Part shown: positions 9,729 to 19,924 of the stretch, piece after piece
Layout of the letters: the number at the start of each line of letters is the position of its first letter
Numbering within the stretch: position 1 is the first letter of the stretch
Origin: an uncultured Gemmatimonadales bacterium
Lineage (GTDB): Bacteria; Gemmatimonadota; Gemmatimonadetes; Gemmatimonadales; GWC2-71-9
Direction of reading: 5' to 3'
NCBI GenBank assembly: GCA_963748035.1
Contig: CAVVHO010000005.1
Location: forward strand, 1,097,080 to 1,161,079
DNA: 64,000 nt
Notes under the pieces: generated by a model
Database searches by the model: none
Told to the model about the DNA's origin: nothing
What the model saw: the letters and a program-made list of their open reading frames with translations, nothing else
Program-made: the position numbers and the translations under genes

Positions 9729-11810
9729 TCAGCCCGTCCGGAACAGTTCCACGGCCCTCGGATACCGGTTCACGGCGCGTTCTTTGAGACCCAAGTGACG
9801 AGGCCGGGTGAGTAGCGGATCTTCATCGAGGATGCCGAGGGCGACCTCACGTGCCGTGGCGAGCAGATCGGTGTCGTCCGGGAGGCGGGCCAGCCGGAGC
9901 TCGAAATCGCCTGCCTGCCGCTCGCCAATCAGGTCTCCCATCTTGCGTTCCTCGAGATCCAGCTCGGCAATCCGGAACCCATCGTTCGTCGCGGCGAATT
10001 CTCGCAGGCGCGAAGGGATGGGATCATCCGCGAGCAGGATGCAGTAACTCTCGCTCTCCCCCCGTCCGATTCTTCCCCGCAGCTGGTGCAGCTGCGCCAG
10101 CCCGAACCGCTCCGGGTGCTCGATCAGCATCACGCTGGCGTTGGGGACGTCAATGCCGACCTCGATCACCGTGGTTGCGACCAGCACGTGGACCTCGCCG
10201 GCGCGGAAGCGCCGCATCCGTTCATCGCGCTCCGGCGCCTTGAGCTTCCCATGCACCAAACTGACCACCAGGTCCGGCCACAGAGCCTGGAGTTGCTCGG
10301 CCATCGTCGAAGCGGCTCGCAGATCCGCCCGCTCGGACTCTTCGATCACCGGGAGGACCACGTAGGCCTGCCGCCCGGCCACGCACTGTTCATGTACGAA
10401 TGCCAGCGCACGGTCACGCTGCGCCTGGGTGCGCACGCCGGTCTTCACCTCGCCTCGACCCGGTGGGCGCTCCCTGAGCGTCGATACATCGAGATCGCCA
10501 AATCGAGTGAGGGCGAGCGAGCGGGGAATTGGAGTGGCGGTGAGCAGGAGTACGTCGGGGGCATCGCCCTTGGCGACGAGCTGGCTCCGCTGCTCGACAC
10601 CGAAGCGATGCTGTTCATCGATCACCACCAGCCCCAGCCGACTGAACGCGACGCTGTCTTCAAGCAGGGCGTGGGTTCCGACGACCAGTCGGGCCAATCC
10701 GCCGGACAACTTCTTCCGCCGGGCGGCCTTCTCGGTGGCGGTAAGGCGTCCGACCAGGAGTTCGGGCCGGATCTCCAGCGGCTCCAGCAAGCGCCTCAGC
10801 GTAGCCTCGTGCTGTTCGGCTAGCAGCTCGGTGGGCGCCATGAGCGCGGCCTGGTAGTCGTTTTCGAGGGCCAGCAGCATCGCGAAGAGCGCGACCACCG
10901 TCTTACCTGTCCCCACATCCCCCATCAGGAGCCGATGCATTCGTTCCGGGGCGGTCATGTCGGCGGTGATCTCACGGATAGCGCGCTTCTGGTCTCCGGT
11001 GAGGGGCCAAGGCAGCGTTTCGGCGAGGCGCCGGGTGAAGGTATGCCGAACTTCGAACGGCACTCCCCCACGGCGGCGCTTGGCGAGTAGTCGAGCTCTC
11101 GCCAGCATGAGCTGCAGGTCGAGCAATTCATCAAAGGCGAGCCGGCGCCGACCCGCCTCCGCCTCCGCAACCGAGCTGGGGCGGTGAACCGCCCGGAGCG
11201 CGGCAGGCAGTGGCGGGAATCCCAAGGTGCTGGGGACCGACTCCGGCAGCGGGTCGCGGGAGAAGGCGACCATCTGATCGAGATGTTGGTCGATGAGACT
11301 GCGAATCACCTTGTGCGAGAGTCCTTCGGTCGCCCGGTATACCGGCAGAACGCGGCCCGGCGACGGTCCGTCACCCTCGCCACCCGCTTCAGCCAGGACA
11401 ATGAATTCCCGCGGATTCAGTTGCCGTCCATGGTAGAAGCGCACCGGTCCGGCCACGAGTAGCGTCTGCCCGACATCGATGGTTCGGTCGAGAAAGCCCT
11501 GCCCCGGCCAGGCGCATTCAAGCATGCCGCTCTCATCGCGCAGCACGGCGGTGAAGATGCGGAGCCCGCTGCGGGTGGGCATCAGCCGCTTGGAGACGAC
11601 CTTGCCCACGCACGCGACCTCTTCACCCACGCGCGCGCGCGCAACCGGAGTGACGCTGGACGCATCGAGGTAGCGAAAGGGGATATGCCACAGCAGGTCC
11701 TGCGCCGTCCGTACGCCCAGTCGCCCGAAGGCCTCGGCCCTGCGCTCGCCGATGCCTTTGAGGAACTTGACCTGCGTATCGGGGCGAAGCGGGGGCATAC
11801 GTACGACCAT
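9729..11810 (-). CDS. recG: ATP-dependent DNA helicase RecG
   Basis: FLKGIGERRAEAF..wedge domain..MGDVGTGKTVVA (Walker A)..VVIDEQHRFGV (DEQH)..LLLTATPIPRSL..QLHQLRGRIGRG. Confidence 0.93.
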   Translation of the reverse strand: MVVRMPPLRPDTQVKFLKGIGERRAEAFGRLGVRTAQDLLWHIPFRYLDASSVTPVARARVGEEVACVGKVVSKRLMPTRSGLRIFTAVLRDESGMLECAWPGQGFLDRTIDVGQTLLVAGPVRFYHGRQLNPREFIVLAEAGGEGDGPSPGRVLPVYRATEGLSHKVIRSLIDQHLDQMVAFSRDPLPESVPSTLGFPPLPAALRAVHRPSSVAEAEAGRRRLAFDELLDLQLMLARARLLAKRRRGGVPFEVRHTFTRRLAETLPWPLTGDQKRAIREITADMTAPERMHRLLMGDVGTGKTVVALFAMLLALENDYQAALMAPTELLAEQHEATLRRLLEPLEIRPELLVGRLTATEKAARRKKLSGGLARLVVGTHALLEDSVAFSRLGLVVIDEQHRFGVEQRSQLVAKGDAPDVLLLTATPIPRSLALTRFGDLDVSTLRERPPGRGEVKTGVRTQAQRDRALAFVHEQCVAGRQAYVVLPVIEESERADLRAASTMAEQLQALWPDLVVSLVHGKLKAPERDERMRRFRAGEVHVLVATTVIEVGIDVPNASVMLIEHPERFGLAQLHQLRGRIGRGESESYCILLADDPIPSRLREFAATNDGFRIAELDLEERKMGDLIGERQAGDFELRLARLPDDTDLLATAREVALGILDEDPLLTRPRHLGLKERAVNRYPRAVELFRTG

Positions 11811-11835
11811 CAGCCGTCAGCCGTCGGCTGGCGGC
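11811..11835. repeat. short heptad repeat cagccgt-cagccgt-cggctgg with embedded hairpin, directly upstream of the recG start
   Basis: cagccgtcagccgtcggctggcggc. cagccg/cggctg are inverted. The same 15-mer cagccgtcagccgtc recurs at 12819-12833. Confidence 0.8.
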
Positions 11836-11864
11836 ATGACGATTCTGAGCAACCAACTGCCATG

Positions 11865-12791
11865 TCAGGCATCCAACAACCGTGCCGCATAGCCAGGGGC
11901 GTCAAATGGCTGCAGATCGTCCAGCCCCTCACCCAGGCCGAGAAACCTGATGGGCAGCCCAAGTTCCTTGCGAAGCGCCACGACCGCGCCGCCGCGGGCG
12001 CTGCCGTCGAGCTTGGTCACCACGATACCCGTCGGCTGAACCGCGTGAGAGAATAGCTTGCCTTGTTGGATCGCGTTCTGACCCACGGTGCCGTCGAGCA
12101 CCAGGAGGGTCTCGTGCGGAGCCCCAGGGATCTTTCTGGTGATCACCCGAACTACCTTGCGAAGTTCCTCCATCAACCCTTCCTGGGTGTGCAACCGGCC
12201 CGCGGTATCCACAAGCACGGTGTCGGCTCCCCGAGTGGAGGCCGCTTCGATCGCATCGAAGGCGACCGCAGCCGGGTCGCCGCCAGGAGCGCCAGCGACA
12301 CAATGCATCCCGAGCCTCCCCGCCCACACCTGCAGCTGTTGAATGGCCCCAGCGCGATAAGTGTCGGCAGCGGCGAGGAGCACTTGGCGCCCCTCCAGCT
12401 GGAGCCGCCGGGCGACTTTCGCCACGGTGGTCGTCTTGCCGACGCCGTTCACACCCACAAACAGCATGACTGTCACACCCTCCGCCGCGCGCGCGAGCCT
12501 TCCGGGATCGGTTCCCGGCAGATCCAGAATCGCAACCAGCCGCTGTTCCACGGCAAGCTTGAGATCCTCCTCGGTCTTCAGCTTGCCCTTGCGGACCTCA
12601 TCTTCCACCGCTTGAACCAGATCGACGGTGGCTTGGACGCCGAAATCGGCCTCGATGAGGGTGCGCTCGAGGGATTCGAGATCCGCCGCGTTCAAGCGAC
12701 GAGACAACGCGCCCACGTCGGTCAGCGCGACCCGCTTGAGCCGTTGCCAGAGGGAGAGTCTGGGTGCGTCGCCGATGCGGCCGGAAGTCAT
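11865..12791 (-). CDS. ftsY: signal recognition particle receptor FtsY
   Basis: VMLFVGVNGVGKTTTVAKVA..DTAGRLHT..VVTKLDGSARGG. SRP-GTPase G1-G4 motifs. Confidence 0.93.
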   Translation of the reverse strand: MTSGRIGDAPRLSLWQRLKRVALTDVGALSRRLNAADLESLERTLIEADFGVQATVDLVQAVEDEVRKGKLKTEEDLKLAVEQRLVAILDLPGTDPGRLARAAEGVTVMLFVGVNGVGKTTTVAKVARRLQLEGRQVLLAAADTYRAGAIQQLQVWAGRLGMHCVAGAPGGDPAAVAFDAIEAASTRGADTVLVDTAGRLHTQEGLMEELRKVVRVITRKIPGAPHETLLVLDGTVGQNAIQQGKLFSHAVQPTGIVVTKLDGSARGGAVVALRKELGLPIRFLGLGEGLDDLQPFDAPGYAARLLDA

Positions 12792-12811
12792 GGGAGGAAC
12801 CTAGTTGGCGT

Positions 12812-12863
12812 TGGCTGTCAGCCGTCAGCCGTCTGCCGTCGGCCGTCGGCCGTCGGCCGCCGA
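12812..12863. repeat. heptanucleotide tandem array (TCRGCCG)x6-7
   Basis: tggctg tcagccg tcagccg tctgccg tcggccg tcggccg tcggccg ccg, in the 149-nt spacer upstream of ftsY. Confidence 0.9.
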
Positions 12864-12903
12864 ATACAGGGATGCGCGACGCGTCAAGGAGTCCAGTGCT
12901 TTT

Positions 12904-12943
12904 CGCTAATGGCCAATTGCTAACGGCTAACGGCCTTCCGTTA
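12904..12943. repeat. second heptad array (ggccaat tgctaac ggctaac ggccttc), approximately the reverse complement of the first array; ends in hairpin taacgg-cctt-ccgtta over the upstream gene stop
   Basis: Period-7 units at 12911-12938. The reverse complement of tcagccg is cggctga, versus cggctaa here, so minus-strand RNA could pair the two arrays using G.U. 6-bp hairpin 12928-12933 / 12938-12943. Confidence 0.7.
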
Positions 12944-14740
12944 CCGCAGCCCCAGCCTCCTCCGTGCAAGCCATTCGGTCGCAAGGGCCACTATGGCCAG
13001 CCCGAACAGCCAGACCCAGCCCCGCGTGCTCGTCACGCCCGCAAGGGAAACCGCCGGGGCCTCCCGGCTTGCGAGCGTTGCCAGTCTTGGCAGCCATTCA
13101 TCCGACCAGACCTCTACCGCCACAACTCCGCCACCGCCGCCATCCAACGTGTAGCCATAGCGCCCAGCGGGAACACTCACTATCGCGCGACCCGATCCAT
13201 CAAAACGCAGCGTGTCTCGGAGGACAGCTCCCTCACCCGTCAGGGTGATGCCGATTGGCACGGCGGCCCCGGCCCCGGCCCACTCGAACACGACTGGCCG
13301 GCCGTTAGGTACAACGGGGCGTACGGGGCGGGCCCGGGCCTGAGTGCTATCGCTGGCGCCGAGCAACCAGGAGAGCGTGGCGGCCACAAGGGCGCGATAG
13401 GCCTGCTCGCTGGCGCCGCCCCGGAACGCCCAGCGCCATAGTCCGTCCGCGGCCGTCGTCACCCGGCGGCGACCTCCGAGCACATGGCCGGTGAAAACCG
13501 GTCGGTCCGCGCCGCGTCGCGCGAGCTGCGCCGTAAGGCCGACCCAATCCCCTTGCGCCGGCTCGATCGGCGTGATCTCAATGAGCGGCGGGAAGGAGTC
13601 CACCGGCATGCCGAGGAAGGCACTGCCCAGCGGCGAGGCAGCCGGGGCCGTGACGTACCACTCCCCTGCGATCTCGGTCTCGCCACCCTCTCCGCTGGGC
13701 CAGTCCCAGACACCCCGCGCCCGCGACTCCCTGACGAAGTCCCGGGCCGCCCCCTTGATCACCAACACATCCGCACGGCGCGCCGCCTGCGCGATTGCGC
13801 CTGCGCTGACCGGCGCCAGGGTTTCCATCGATCGCCACCGACCCGCTTCAAACCTGGTGTATCCCCGGATGGGAAGGTCCGCCACGTCGCGCAGGGTTCG
13901 GAAGAGGAATCTGCCGTCCCAGTCGCTCGGACTGGCGAGCATCACGATGCCGGGCGTGGGGGTCACGGTGACCAGCCACAGTCGAACATCGTCGCGTGGC
14001 TCAGCGTCGCCGGGGTTGACCAGCGCCACCGTGAAAAGGGCATCCCCCGAGAAACCCACGCTCGGGAACGCTGCGCTGACGAGCGCCTGACCATCCTTGC
14101 CCAGCCGCACCGACCGGCGCGCCAGAACCCGATCCCCGCTTCTCACCTCCAGCCGTGCGCTGTCCGTGGTCGACCCGAACCCGCGAACCTCCAACTCGAG
14201 CCGGATCGTGTCTCCCACCGTAACTCGGGCTGGTCCGGAAACCCTGAGAATGGCGAGGTCGGTTTGAGGCGTCCGAGGAAAGGTGCGAATGCCCACCCGC
14301 CCCAGTGCCTCAGGTGTGAGGTTCGGTTGGTCGGTGATTTCGCCGTCGGTCACGACGATCGCTCGGCGGTCCGATGCCGCGGCCGCGGCCAGTGCGGGAC
14401 CGAGATCGGATCGACCGAACATCGGGAGTGAGTCTGGCGTCACGCCGGCGTCGCCGAAGAGGCGGACCTCTCCCCACGCCCTTGCCGAGTCCAGCGCCTC
14501 ACGCCAGTGCCCGCCGGCCGCTGTCATGCTGAGACTGCCGTCGAGGAGAATCAGCGGGCGTTTCGACTGGGGAGAGGGGGCAGCGCAGGTCAGATTGAGG
14601 ATGAGCAGTCCCAGTGCGGCCCAAGCGATTCCTCGGGCGGACGCCGCCACCCAAGCGCGCGAGCCCAGCCGCTCGAGACGCCAATAGGTGAACCACGCCC
14701 CAGCCGCGGCGAGCACTGCGACAATAAGCAGGCGCATCAT
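12941..14740 (-). CDS. membrane protein with N-terminal double-TM segment, VWA-like DxSxS motif and C-terminal TM anchor (Bat-like)
   Basis: MMRLLIVAVLAAAGAWF..AWAALGLLILNL; LILLDGSLSM (MIDAS-like); C-terminus GWVWLFGLAIVALATEWLARRR. ATGA overlap with hisA. Confidence 0.55.
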   Translation of the reverse strand: MMRLLIVAVLAAAGAWFTYWRLERLGSRAWVAASARGIAWAALGLLILNLTCAAPSPQSKRPLILLDGSLSMTAAGGHWREALDSARAWGEVRLFGDAGVTPDSLPMFGRSDLGPALAAAAASDRRAIVVTDGEITDQPNLTPEALGRVGIRTFPRTPQTDLAILRVSGPARVTVGDTIRLELEVRGFGSTTDSARLEVRSGDRVLARRSVRLGKDGQALVSAAFPSVGFSGDALFTVALVNPGDAEPRDDVRLWLVTVTPTPGIVMLASPSDWDGRFLFRTLRDVADLPIRGYTRFEAGRWRSMETLAPVSAGAIAQAARRADVLVIKGAARDFVRESRARGVWDWPSGEGGETEIAGEWYVTAPAASPLGSAFLGMPVDSFPPLIEITPIEPAQGDWVGLTAQLARRGADRPVFTGHVLGGRRRVTTAADGLWRWAFRGGASEQAYRALVAATLSWLLGASDSTQARARPVRPVVPNGRPVVFEWAGAGAAVPIGITLTGEGAVLRDTLRFDGSGRAIVSVPAGRYGYTLDGGGGGVVAVEVWSDEWLPRLATLASREAPAVSLAGVTSTRGWVWLFGLAIVALATEWLARRRLGLR

Positions 14741-15453
14741 TTCGCGGCTTCGAGTGCCTCTTCGAGCGTAAATTTGCCTTCGTACAGCGCCCGGCCCACG
14801 ATGGCGCCGTGGAGACGGGCTACTCCGGCGGCACGCAGATCTGCCAGCGTGGAAACCCCACCGCTGGCGATCACCTCGGCCCCCAGGTGCATGAGTCGCT
14901 TGGCACCCTCCAGATCCGGGCCAGTGAGCATGCCGTCCCGCGTGACATCGGTGTAGATCACGGTTCGCGCTCCCGCGGTCAGAATCCGCCTGCAGACATC
15001 ATCCACTACCAGGTCAGTCGTTTCTACCCAGCCGCGGATCGCCACATGATTGCCCCGGGCGTCGAGCCCGATCGCCAGCCGCTCCGCGCCCGCGAGCGCG
15101 AGTGCCTGGGGGACGAGCGCCGGCTCGATGACTGCCGCCGTTCCAAGCACTGCGCGGGCGACCCCGAGGTCGAGCACGGCTCGCAAGGCATCGATGGATC
15201 GAATGCCCCCTCCGACTTGGACGCGAGCCCCGTCGCCGACCCGCTTCGCGATTCGGCCGACGAGCTCCAGGTTTTCGCCAGTTCCGAACGCCCGGTCCAG
15301 GTCAACGACATGCAGCCATCGGGCCCCAGCGGCCACGAACCGGTCTGCCTGTGCTACGGGATCGAGATGGTAGGTTGTTTCGCGGCTGGACTCGCCTTGA
15401 CTGAGCCGGACGACACGGCCGGCTCTCAGATCGATGGCGGGAAATAATTCCAC
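14737..15453 (-). CDS. hisA: ProFAR isomerase HisA
   Basis: MELFPAIDLRAGRVVRLSQGE..HVVDLDRAFG..VQVGGGIRS..IYTDVTRDGMLTGPD..ASGGV. No other his genes adjacent. Confidence 0.9.
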   Translation of the reverse strand: MELFPAIDLRAGRVVRLSQGESSRETTYHLDPVAQADRFVAAGARWLHVVDLDRAFGTGENLELVGRIAKRVGDGARVQVGGGIRSIDALRAVLDLGVARAVLGTAAVIEPALVPQALALAGAERLAIGLDARGNHVAIRGWVETTDLVVDDVCRRILTAGARTVIYTDVTRDGMLTGPDLEGAKRLMHLGAEVIASGGVSTLADLRAAGVARLHGAIVGRALYEGKFTLEEALEAAK

Positions 15454-15476
15454 GGGCTGGCCGCCCGGGTCGGCGG

Positions 15477-16772
15477 CTAGAAGCTGACGCCGGTGACGGA
15501 CCGGCCGTCAGGGTTGGTCGCGAACTCGGTCCCTCCACCGTTCAACAGCGCGGTCAGGAAGGAGCGCTCGCGCTCAAATTCACGGAGTTGGGCCAGGGCG
15601 ACCGGATCGCCGCTCCCAGGATCGAACCCCCGCGGATCGCGTGCGACCCCGTTCACCCGAAACTCGTAGTGGAGATGCGGCCCGGTCGCGAGCCCGGTCT
15701 CACCCACATAGCCGATGACATCACCCTGCGTGACCTGCACTCCGGGCTCGATGCCATTGGCGAACGCCTGCAGGTGCCCATAGCGAGTGACGATGCCCTT
15801 CGGATGGCGAATCTCGATGAGGTTCCCGTAGCCGCCACTCCACTCGCTGCGGACGACCACTCCCGCACCTGCGGCCAGGACCGGAGTGCCGAGATCAGCC
15901 GCGTAGTCCGTCCCTTCATGCTTTCGCAACAAGCCGAGAATCGGGTGGAGTCGGGAGGAACTGAAGGAAGAGCTGATGCGTCGAAAGGGAACCGGAGCGA
16001 GCAGGAAAGCGCGTCGTAGGGCTCGTCCCTCCGCGTCATAGAAGCCGGTCGAGCTATCCGGAGCCGTCCACCGGAACGCGGTATATGGCGAGCCCCCGAT
16101 GACCAGATCGCCGGCCAACACCCGGCCGTATCTTGTCTCTCCGTACTCCGAGGTTTCGCGCTCGATCAACACGCGAAAGCTGTCGCCGGGCCGGATGTCA
16201 CGCGTAAAGTCCACCTGCCAGGCGAAGACATCGGCAATATCCCAAGCCGCCCGGACCCGGTCTTCCGAACTCAGGAGCGTATCGTTGCCCTCTGAATCGA
16301 GTGCAGCGTATAGCGAGCTGGTAATCGAGCCCTGCAGCACCACCGGCGCGGGCCACCATTGGACCGGTTCCGTCCCTGCGACCCATCCCTCCGGGGTCAG
16401 TCGGAGAATCACCCGCTGCCGTGCTCCAGCGCGGAACGAGACCTCCGTGGGGAGACTGTCCGAATCGCGGTGTTGAAAGCTGAGGACAAGACCGGGACGA
16501 AGGCGGCGGGGATCGAAGAGCGCGAGGGATGAGGTCTGACTCAACGCGAAGCCGGGATAGCCTTGCCGGAAGAACACATCGGACACCGATTCGCCGTAGC
16601 GCAGGGTGTCGACTCGCTCGTCCAACAGCCGCACGATGCGCGGCGTTACCGCCACGACTTTGGGGCCGGGCCACTGGTCGCGGGCGGCATAAACGCCTGC
16701 CGCCGCGAGAATCCCCGCGGCGGCAACGAGACCGAGTAGTGCTCGCGCACCCGCCGACCGATCAGAGCTCAT
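15477..16772 (-). CDS. M23 family (LytM-type) peptidoglycan metalloendopeptidase
   Basis: HEGTDYAADLGTPVLAAGAGVV..GNLIEIRHPKGIVTRYGHL..GETGLATGPHLHYEFRVNG (HxxxD, HxH). The ATG at 16772 gives the signal anchor MSSDRSAGARALLGLVAAAGILAAAG. The track start TTG 16787 is also possible. Confidence 0.88.
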   Translation of the reverse strand: MSSDRSAGARALLGLVAAAGILAAAGVYAARDQWPGPKVVAVTPRIVRLLDERVDTLRYGESVSDVFFRQGYPGFALSQTSSLALFDPRRLRPGLVLSFQHRDSDSLPTEVSFRAGARQRVILRLTPEGWVAGTEPVQWWPAPVVLQGSITSSLYAALDSEGNDTLLSSEDRVRAAWDIADVFAWQVDFTRDIRPGDSFRVLIERETSEYGETRYGRVLAGDLVIGGSPYTAFRWTAPDSSTGFYDAEGRALRRAFLLAPVPFRRISSSFSSSRLHPILGLLRKHEGTDYAADLGTPVLAAGAGVVVRSEWSGGYGNLIEIRHPKGIVTRYGHLQAFANGIEPGVQVTQGDVIGYVGETGLATGPHLHYEFRVNGVARDPRGFDPGSGDPVALAQLREFERERSFLTALLNGGGTEFATNPDGRSVTGVSF

Positions 16773-16783
16773 GAAGCGACCGG

Positions 16784-17953
16784 TCAATCCATCTGGCGGC
16801 GAATGAAGGTCGGGATTTCCATCTCCGGCACGTCGCCCGGCGCCCCGCTGCGCCGCGGATCGGGGCGCGCCGGCGCCTGCACCGGAGGTGCGTTGACCGG
16901 TGCCGGAGGCGGGGCCATGCGCTTGCCTGAGGGGAAATTGATGACGCCTGGCGCCGGCTTGGCAGTACCGACCGGGGCGGTCGCCGACATGTCGACCCGG
17001 TCAAAGCCGGTGGCGATGACCGTCACCCTCACCTCCCCCTGCATGGAGGGATCGGTCGCTGCCCCGAAGATGATTTCCGCCTCGTCGCCTACCGCATCAT
17101 GGATGATGTCATTGATGGTGGTCGCCTCGCCAAGCGTGAGGTCGTTGCCACCGGTGATGTTGATCAGTACGCCGCTGGCACCCGCGACGGAAACGTTATC
17201 GAGCAGCGGGCTCGAAATTGCCTGCTGCGCCGCCTCCATAGCCCGATTGTCTCCCCGGCCAATACCAGTCCCCATGAGCGCGGAACCGCCGTTCTGCATG
17301 ATCGTGCGTACGTCGGCGAAGTCCACGTTGATGATGCCGGTCTTGGTGATCAGGTCGGCGATTCCCTGCGTGGCCTGCAACAGGACCTCATCCGCCTTCT
17401 TGAGCGAATCCTGAAACGGGATGCCCTTTCCCACCACCGCAAGCAGCCGCTCGTTCGGAACGACGATCATGGTATCCACCGAGTTGCGCATCTCGGCGAT
17501 GCCCATCTCGGCCTGGCGCATCCGCTTCTTGCCCTCGAACAGGAAGGGCTTGGTCACGATACCGACCGTCAGCGCGCCCATATCGCGCGCCATTTGGGCG
17601 ATGATCGGCGCCGCGCCAGTCCCCGTGCCGCCGCCCATGCCGCAGGTCACGAAGACCATGTCGGCTCCCTGAAGGATGCCCACCACGTCCTCGCGGTTTT
17701 CCTCGATCGCCTGCCGGCCGATCTCCGGCCGGGCACCGGCACCGAGCCCGCGGGTGAGCTTTCGGCCGATCTGGATCTTGATATCGGCCCGAGAGGAGGT
17801 GAGCGCCTGACTGTCGGTGTTGACCGAGATGAACTCCACGCCCTGGAGCTGTTCCTCGATCATTCGGTTCACGGCGTTGCCACCTCCGCCTCCCACGCCG
17901 ATCACCTTCATGCGAGCGCTCTGCGCCCCGGTCTCTTCCAGCTCGAAGATCAT
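16784..17953 (-). CDS. ftsZ: cell division protein FtsZ
   Basis: [34 protein letters not shown] (tubulin signature)..NVDFADV. Confidence 0.97.
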   Translation of the reverse strand: MIFELEETGAQSARMKVIGVGGGGGNAVNRMIEEQLQGVEFISVNTDSQALTSSRADIKIQIGRKLTRGLGAGARPEIGRQAIEENREDVVGILQGADMVFVTCGMGGGTGTGAAPIIAQMARDMGALTVGIVTKPFLFEGKKRMRQAEMGIAEMRNSVDTMIVVPNERLLAVVGKGIPFQDSLKKADEVLLQATQGIADLITKTGIINVDFADVRTIMQNGGSALMGTGIGRGDNRAMEAAQQAISSPLLDNVSVAGASGVLINITGGNDLTLGEATTINDIIHDAVGDEAEIIFGAATDPSMQGEVRVTVIATGFDRVDMSATAPVGTAKPAPGVINFPSGKRMAPPPAPVNAPPVQAPARPDPRRSGAPGDVPEMEIPTFIRRQMD

Positions 17954-17981
17954 GGGATGTCCTCTCCGGCCCGCCTGGGTA

Positions 17982-19235
17982 TCAAAAGAAGTCCTGCAGC
18001 CACTGCCGTACCGGCATCACCCACTTCTCGACCGCCTGCGACCGGCGCTTGCCGGATCCGAAACTCACACCTCGTACCAACTGTCTGGTGCCGTAGAGCG
18101 CCAGACCCGCCACGACCGTCGATCGGGGAGACTCCACGCTGTCGGTGAGTCCGGTGAGGCCCTGACCTGGCTTTCCGACCCGGACCGGCATCGCGAACAC
18201 CTCCCGGCCCAACTCGACGATGCCCGGAACCTGGGACCCACCCCCCGTGAGGACGACTCCGGCGGGCAATCGCTGGTGATACCCCGCCCGCGTGATCTCA
18301 TCGAGGGCGAACTCCAGCGTTTCCTGGAGTCGCATCCGCATAATGTGGGCAAGCACCTGCCGGTGGGCTGAACGGCCACCTTGTCCGGATGTTCCCGGCA
18401 GCTCAACAATGTCTGACTCGGGTACTAAGGCCTCCCAGGCTGCGCCGCTCCGTTCCTTCAGCCGCTCCGCGTCCTGCTGGGTCACCTGCAACCCGTGTAC
18501 GATATCGTTGGTTACATGGCTCCCCGAGATCAGCAGCGAGCCAGTATGCCGAATCTTTCCGCCTTGGAAGATAGCCACGTTGGTGGACCCTCCGCCCAAC
18601 TCTACCAGGGCGCAACCCAGCTCCCGCTCGTCCGCAGTGAGGACCGCGAGGCTGGCCGCCAGGGGCTCCAGCACGAATTCCGCCACGTGGTAGCCCGCGC
18701 CCTCCACGCACTTCCGCAGGTTCTGCGGCACGCTCGAGAGCACCGTCACCAGATAGACCTGCGCGTCGAGCCGCGAGCCCGTCATCCCGATCGGCTCGCT
18801 GATCCCGGGCTGCATGTCCACCAGATAGTCCTGGGGAATGGCGTGCAGCAGCTCGTGCTCCTTGCCGAGTGGCACGCTGGAGGCGACATCGTTGACGCGG
18901 GCGACGTCCCCCGTGCGGATCTCGCCTCCCGTCACCGACACGACACCGGTCGAGGTCTGCCCCGCCACGTGCTCACCGCCGATGCCACAATAGACCGTGC
19001 CAACCTCGACGCCCGCGATCCGCTCGGCATCCTTCATCGCCTTCTGGATGGCCCGGGTAGTCTCCTCGATACCCCGCACCACGCCCCGCCGGACTCCCGC
19101 GCAGCGCTCGAATCCGACGCCCAGTATGCGGGTGAGGGGCGACCGCTGGTCGCCCTGGACCTCGGCGATGACGGCGGCGACCTTGGTAGTGCCGAGATCG
19201 AGCGCCGCGATCAGCCGGGTGGGGGCGACGCTCAT
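17982..19235 (-). CDS. ftsA: cell division protein FtsA
   Basis: [45 protein letters not shown]. Actin-fold ATPase motifs. Confidence 0.95.
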   Translation of the reverse strand: MSVAPTRLIAALDLGTTKVAAVIAEVQGDQRSPLTRILGVGFERCAGVRRGVVRGIEETTRAIQKAMKDAERIAGVEVGTVYCGIGGEHVAGQTSTGVVSVTGGEIRTGDVARVNDVASSVPLGKEHELLHAIPQDYLVDMQPGISEPIGMTGSRLDAQVYLVTVLSSVPQNLRKCVEGAGYHVAEFVLEPLAASLAVLTADERELGCALVELGGGSTNVAIFQGGKIRHTGSLLISGSHVTNDIVHGLQVTQQDAERLKERSGAAWEALVPESDIVELPGTSGQGGRSAHRQVLAHIMRMRLQETLEFALDEITRAGYHQRLPAGVVLTGGGSQVPGIVELGREVFAMPVRVGKPGQGLTGLTDSVESPRSTVVAGLALYGTRQLVRGVSFGSGKRRSQAVEKWVMPVRQWLQDFF

Positions 19236-19924
19236 GCGGCCTCCTGACGGACCACGATCTGCCCGGCAAAGCGCGCGTCCAACTCTGCCCAGTGGCGTCC
19301 GTTACGCTCGAGGTCCTGCTCGACCGACAGCACCGCCCGAATAACCTCCGCGCCGGCGTCAGGCCGGAACCAGTAGCGTTGTCCATCAACAGCCACGATC
19401 ACGTCGCCCCCACTCCCCCAGGCCGAAACGATGCGGGCATAGTACGTGGCATCAGTCGCCCGAATGCGAGCGAGGAATCCCGCCACGAGCGAATCGGCCT
19501 CACGCATGACCGGCAGATCGGGTCCGGAAACGGTCGGATCAAAGGGGAGCACCTCGCCCCGTTCGCCCACCATCCGTAGCCTGCCGCGCCGCATTACCAG
19601 CGCCACCGGCTCGGTTTCCCGCACACTGATCACAATCGTCCCGGGAAGCCGCCGAGTCACCTCGACCTCTTCGAGCCCACCGATGGAGTCTGTCGCGGCG
19701 CGGAGGGGGCCGAGATCGTCGAACAGACTCTGCCCGTCTTCGATCGGCAGCGCACGGGCGATTGCCTCGGCGCTCATGTTCCTCGTGCCGCGGACGTCGA
19801 TCTTCCTCACCCGGAAGAACTCCATCCCCCGTAACAGCCGCGGCACCGCAACCCACATCAGCACTGCGGCGAGAGCGCCGCCGAGGATCTTCCAGCCGGG
19901 GCGGCTCAGGCGGCTTGAAGCCAC
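19232..19924 (-). CDS. ftsQ: cell division protein FtsQ (POTRA)
   Basis: N-terminal TM WKILGGALAAVLMWVAV, then FRVRKIDVRGTRNMS (POTRA start). Sits between murC and ftsA. Confidence 0.85.
   Translation of the reverse strand: MASSRLSRPGWKILGGALAAVLMWVAVPRLLRGMEFFRVRKIDVRGTRNMSAEAIARALPIEDGQSLFDDLGPLRAATDSIGGLEEVEVTRRLPGTIVISVRETEPVALVMRRGRLRMVGERGEVLPFDPTVSGPDLPVMREADSLVAGFLARIRATDATYYARIVSAWGSGGDVIVAVDGQRYWFRPDAGAEVIRAVLSVEQDLERNGRHWAELDARFAGQIVVRQEAA

Noticed and set aside
12812-12863. Heptad arrays (here and at 6638, 61851) considered as CRISPR-like arrays
   Set aside because: Units are 7 nt with no unique spacers, and no cas genes are in the window. They are microsatellite-like tandem repeats, not CRISPR.
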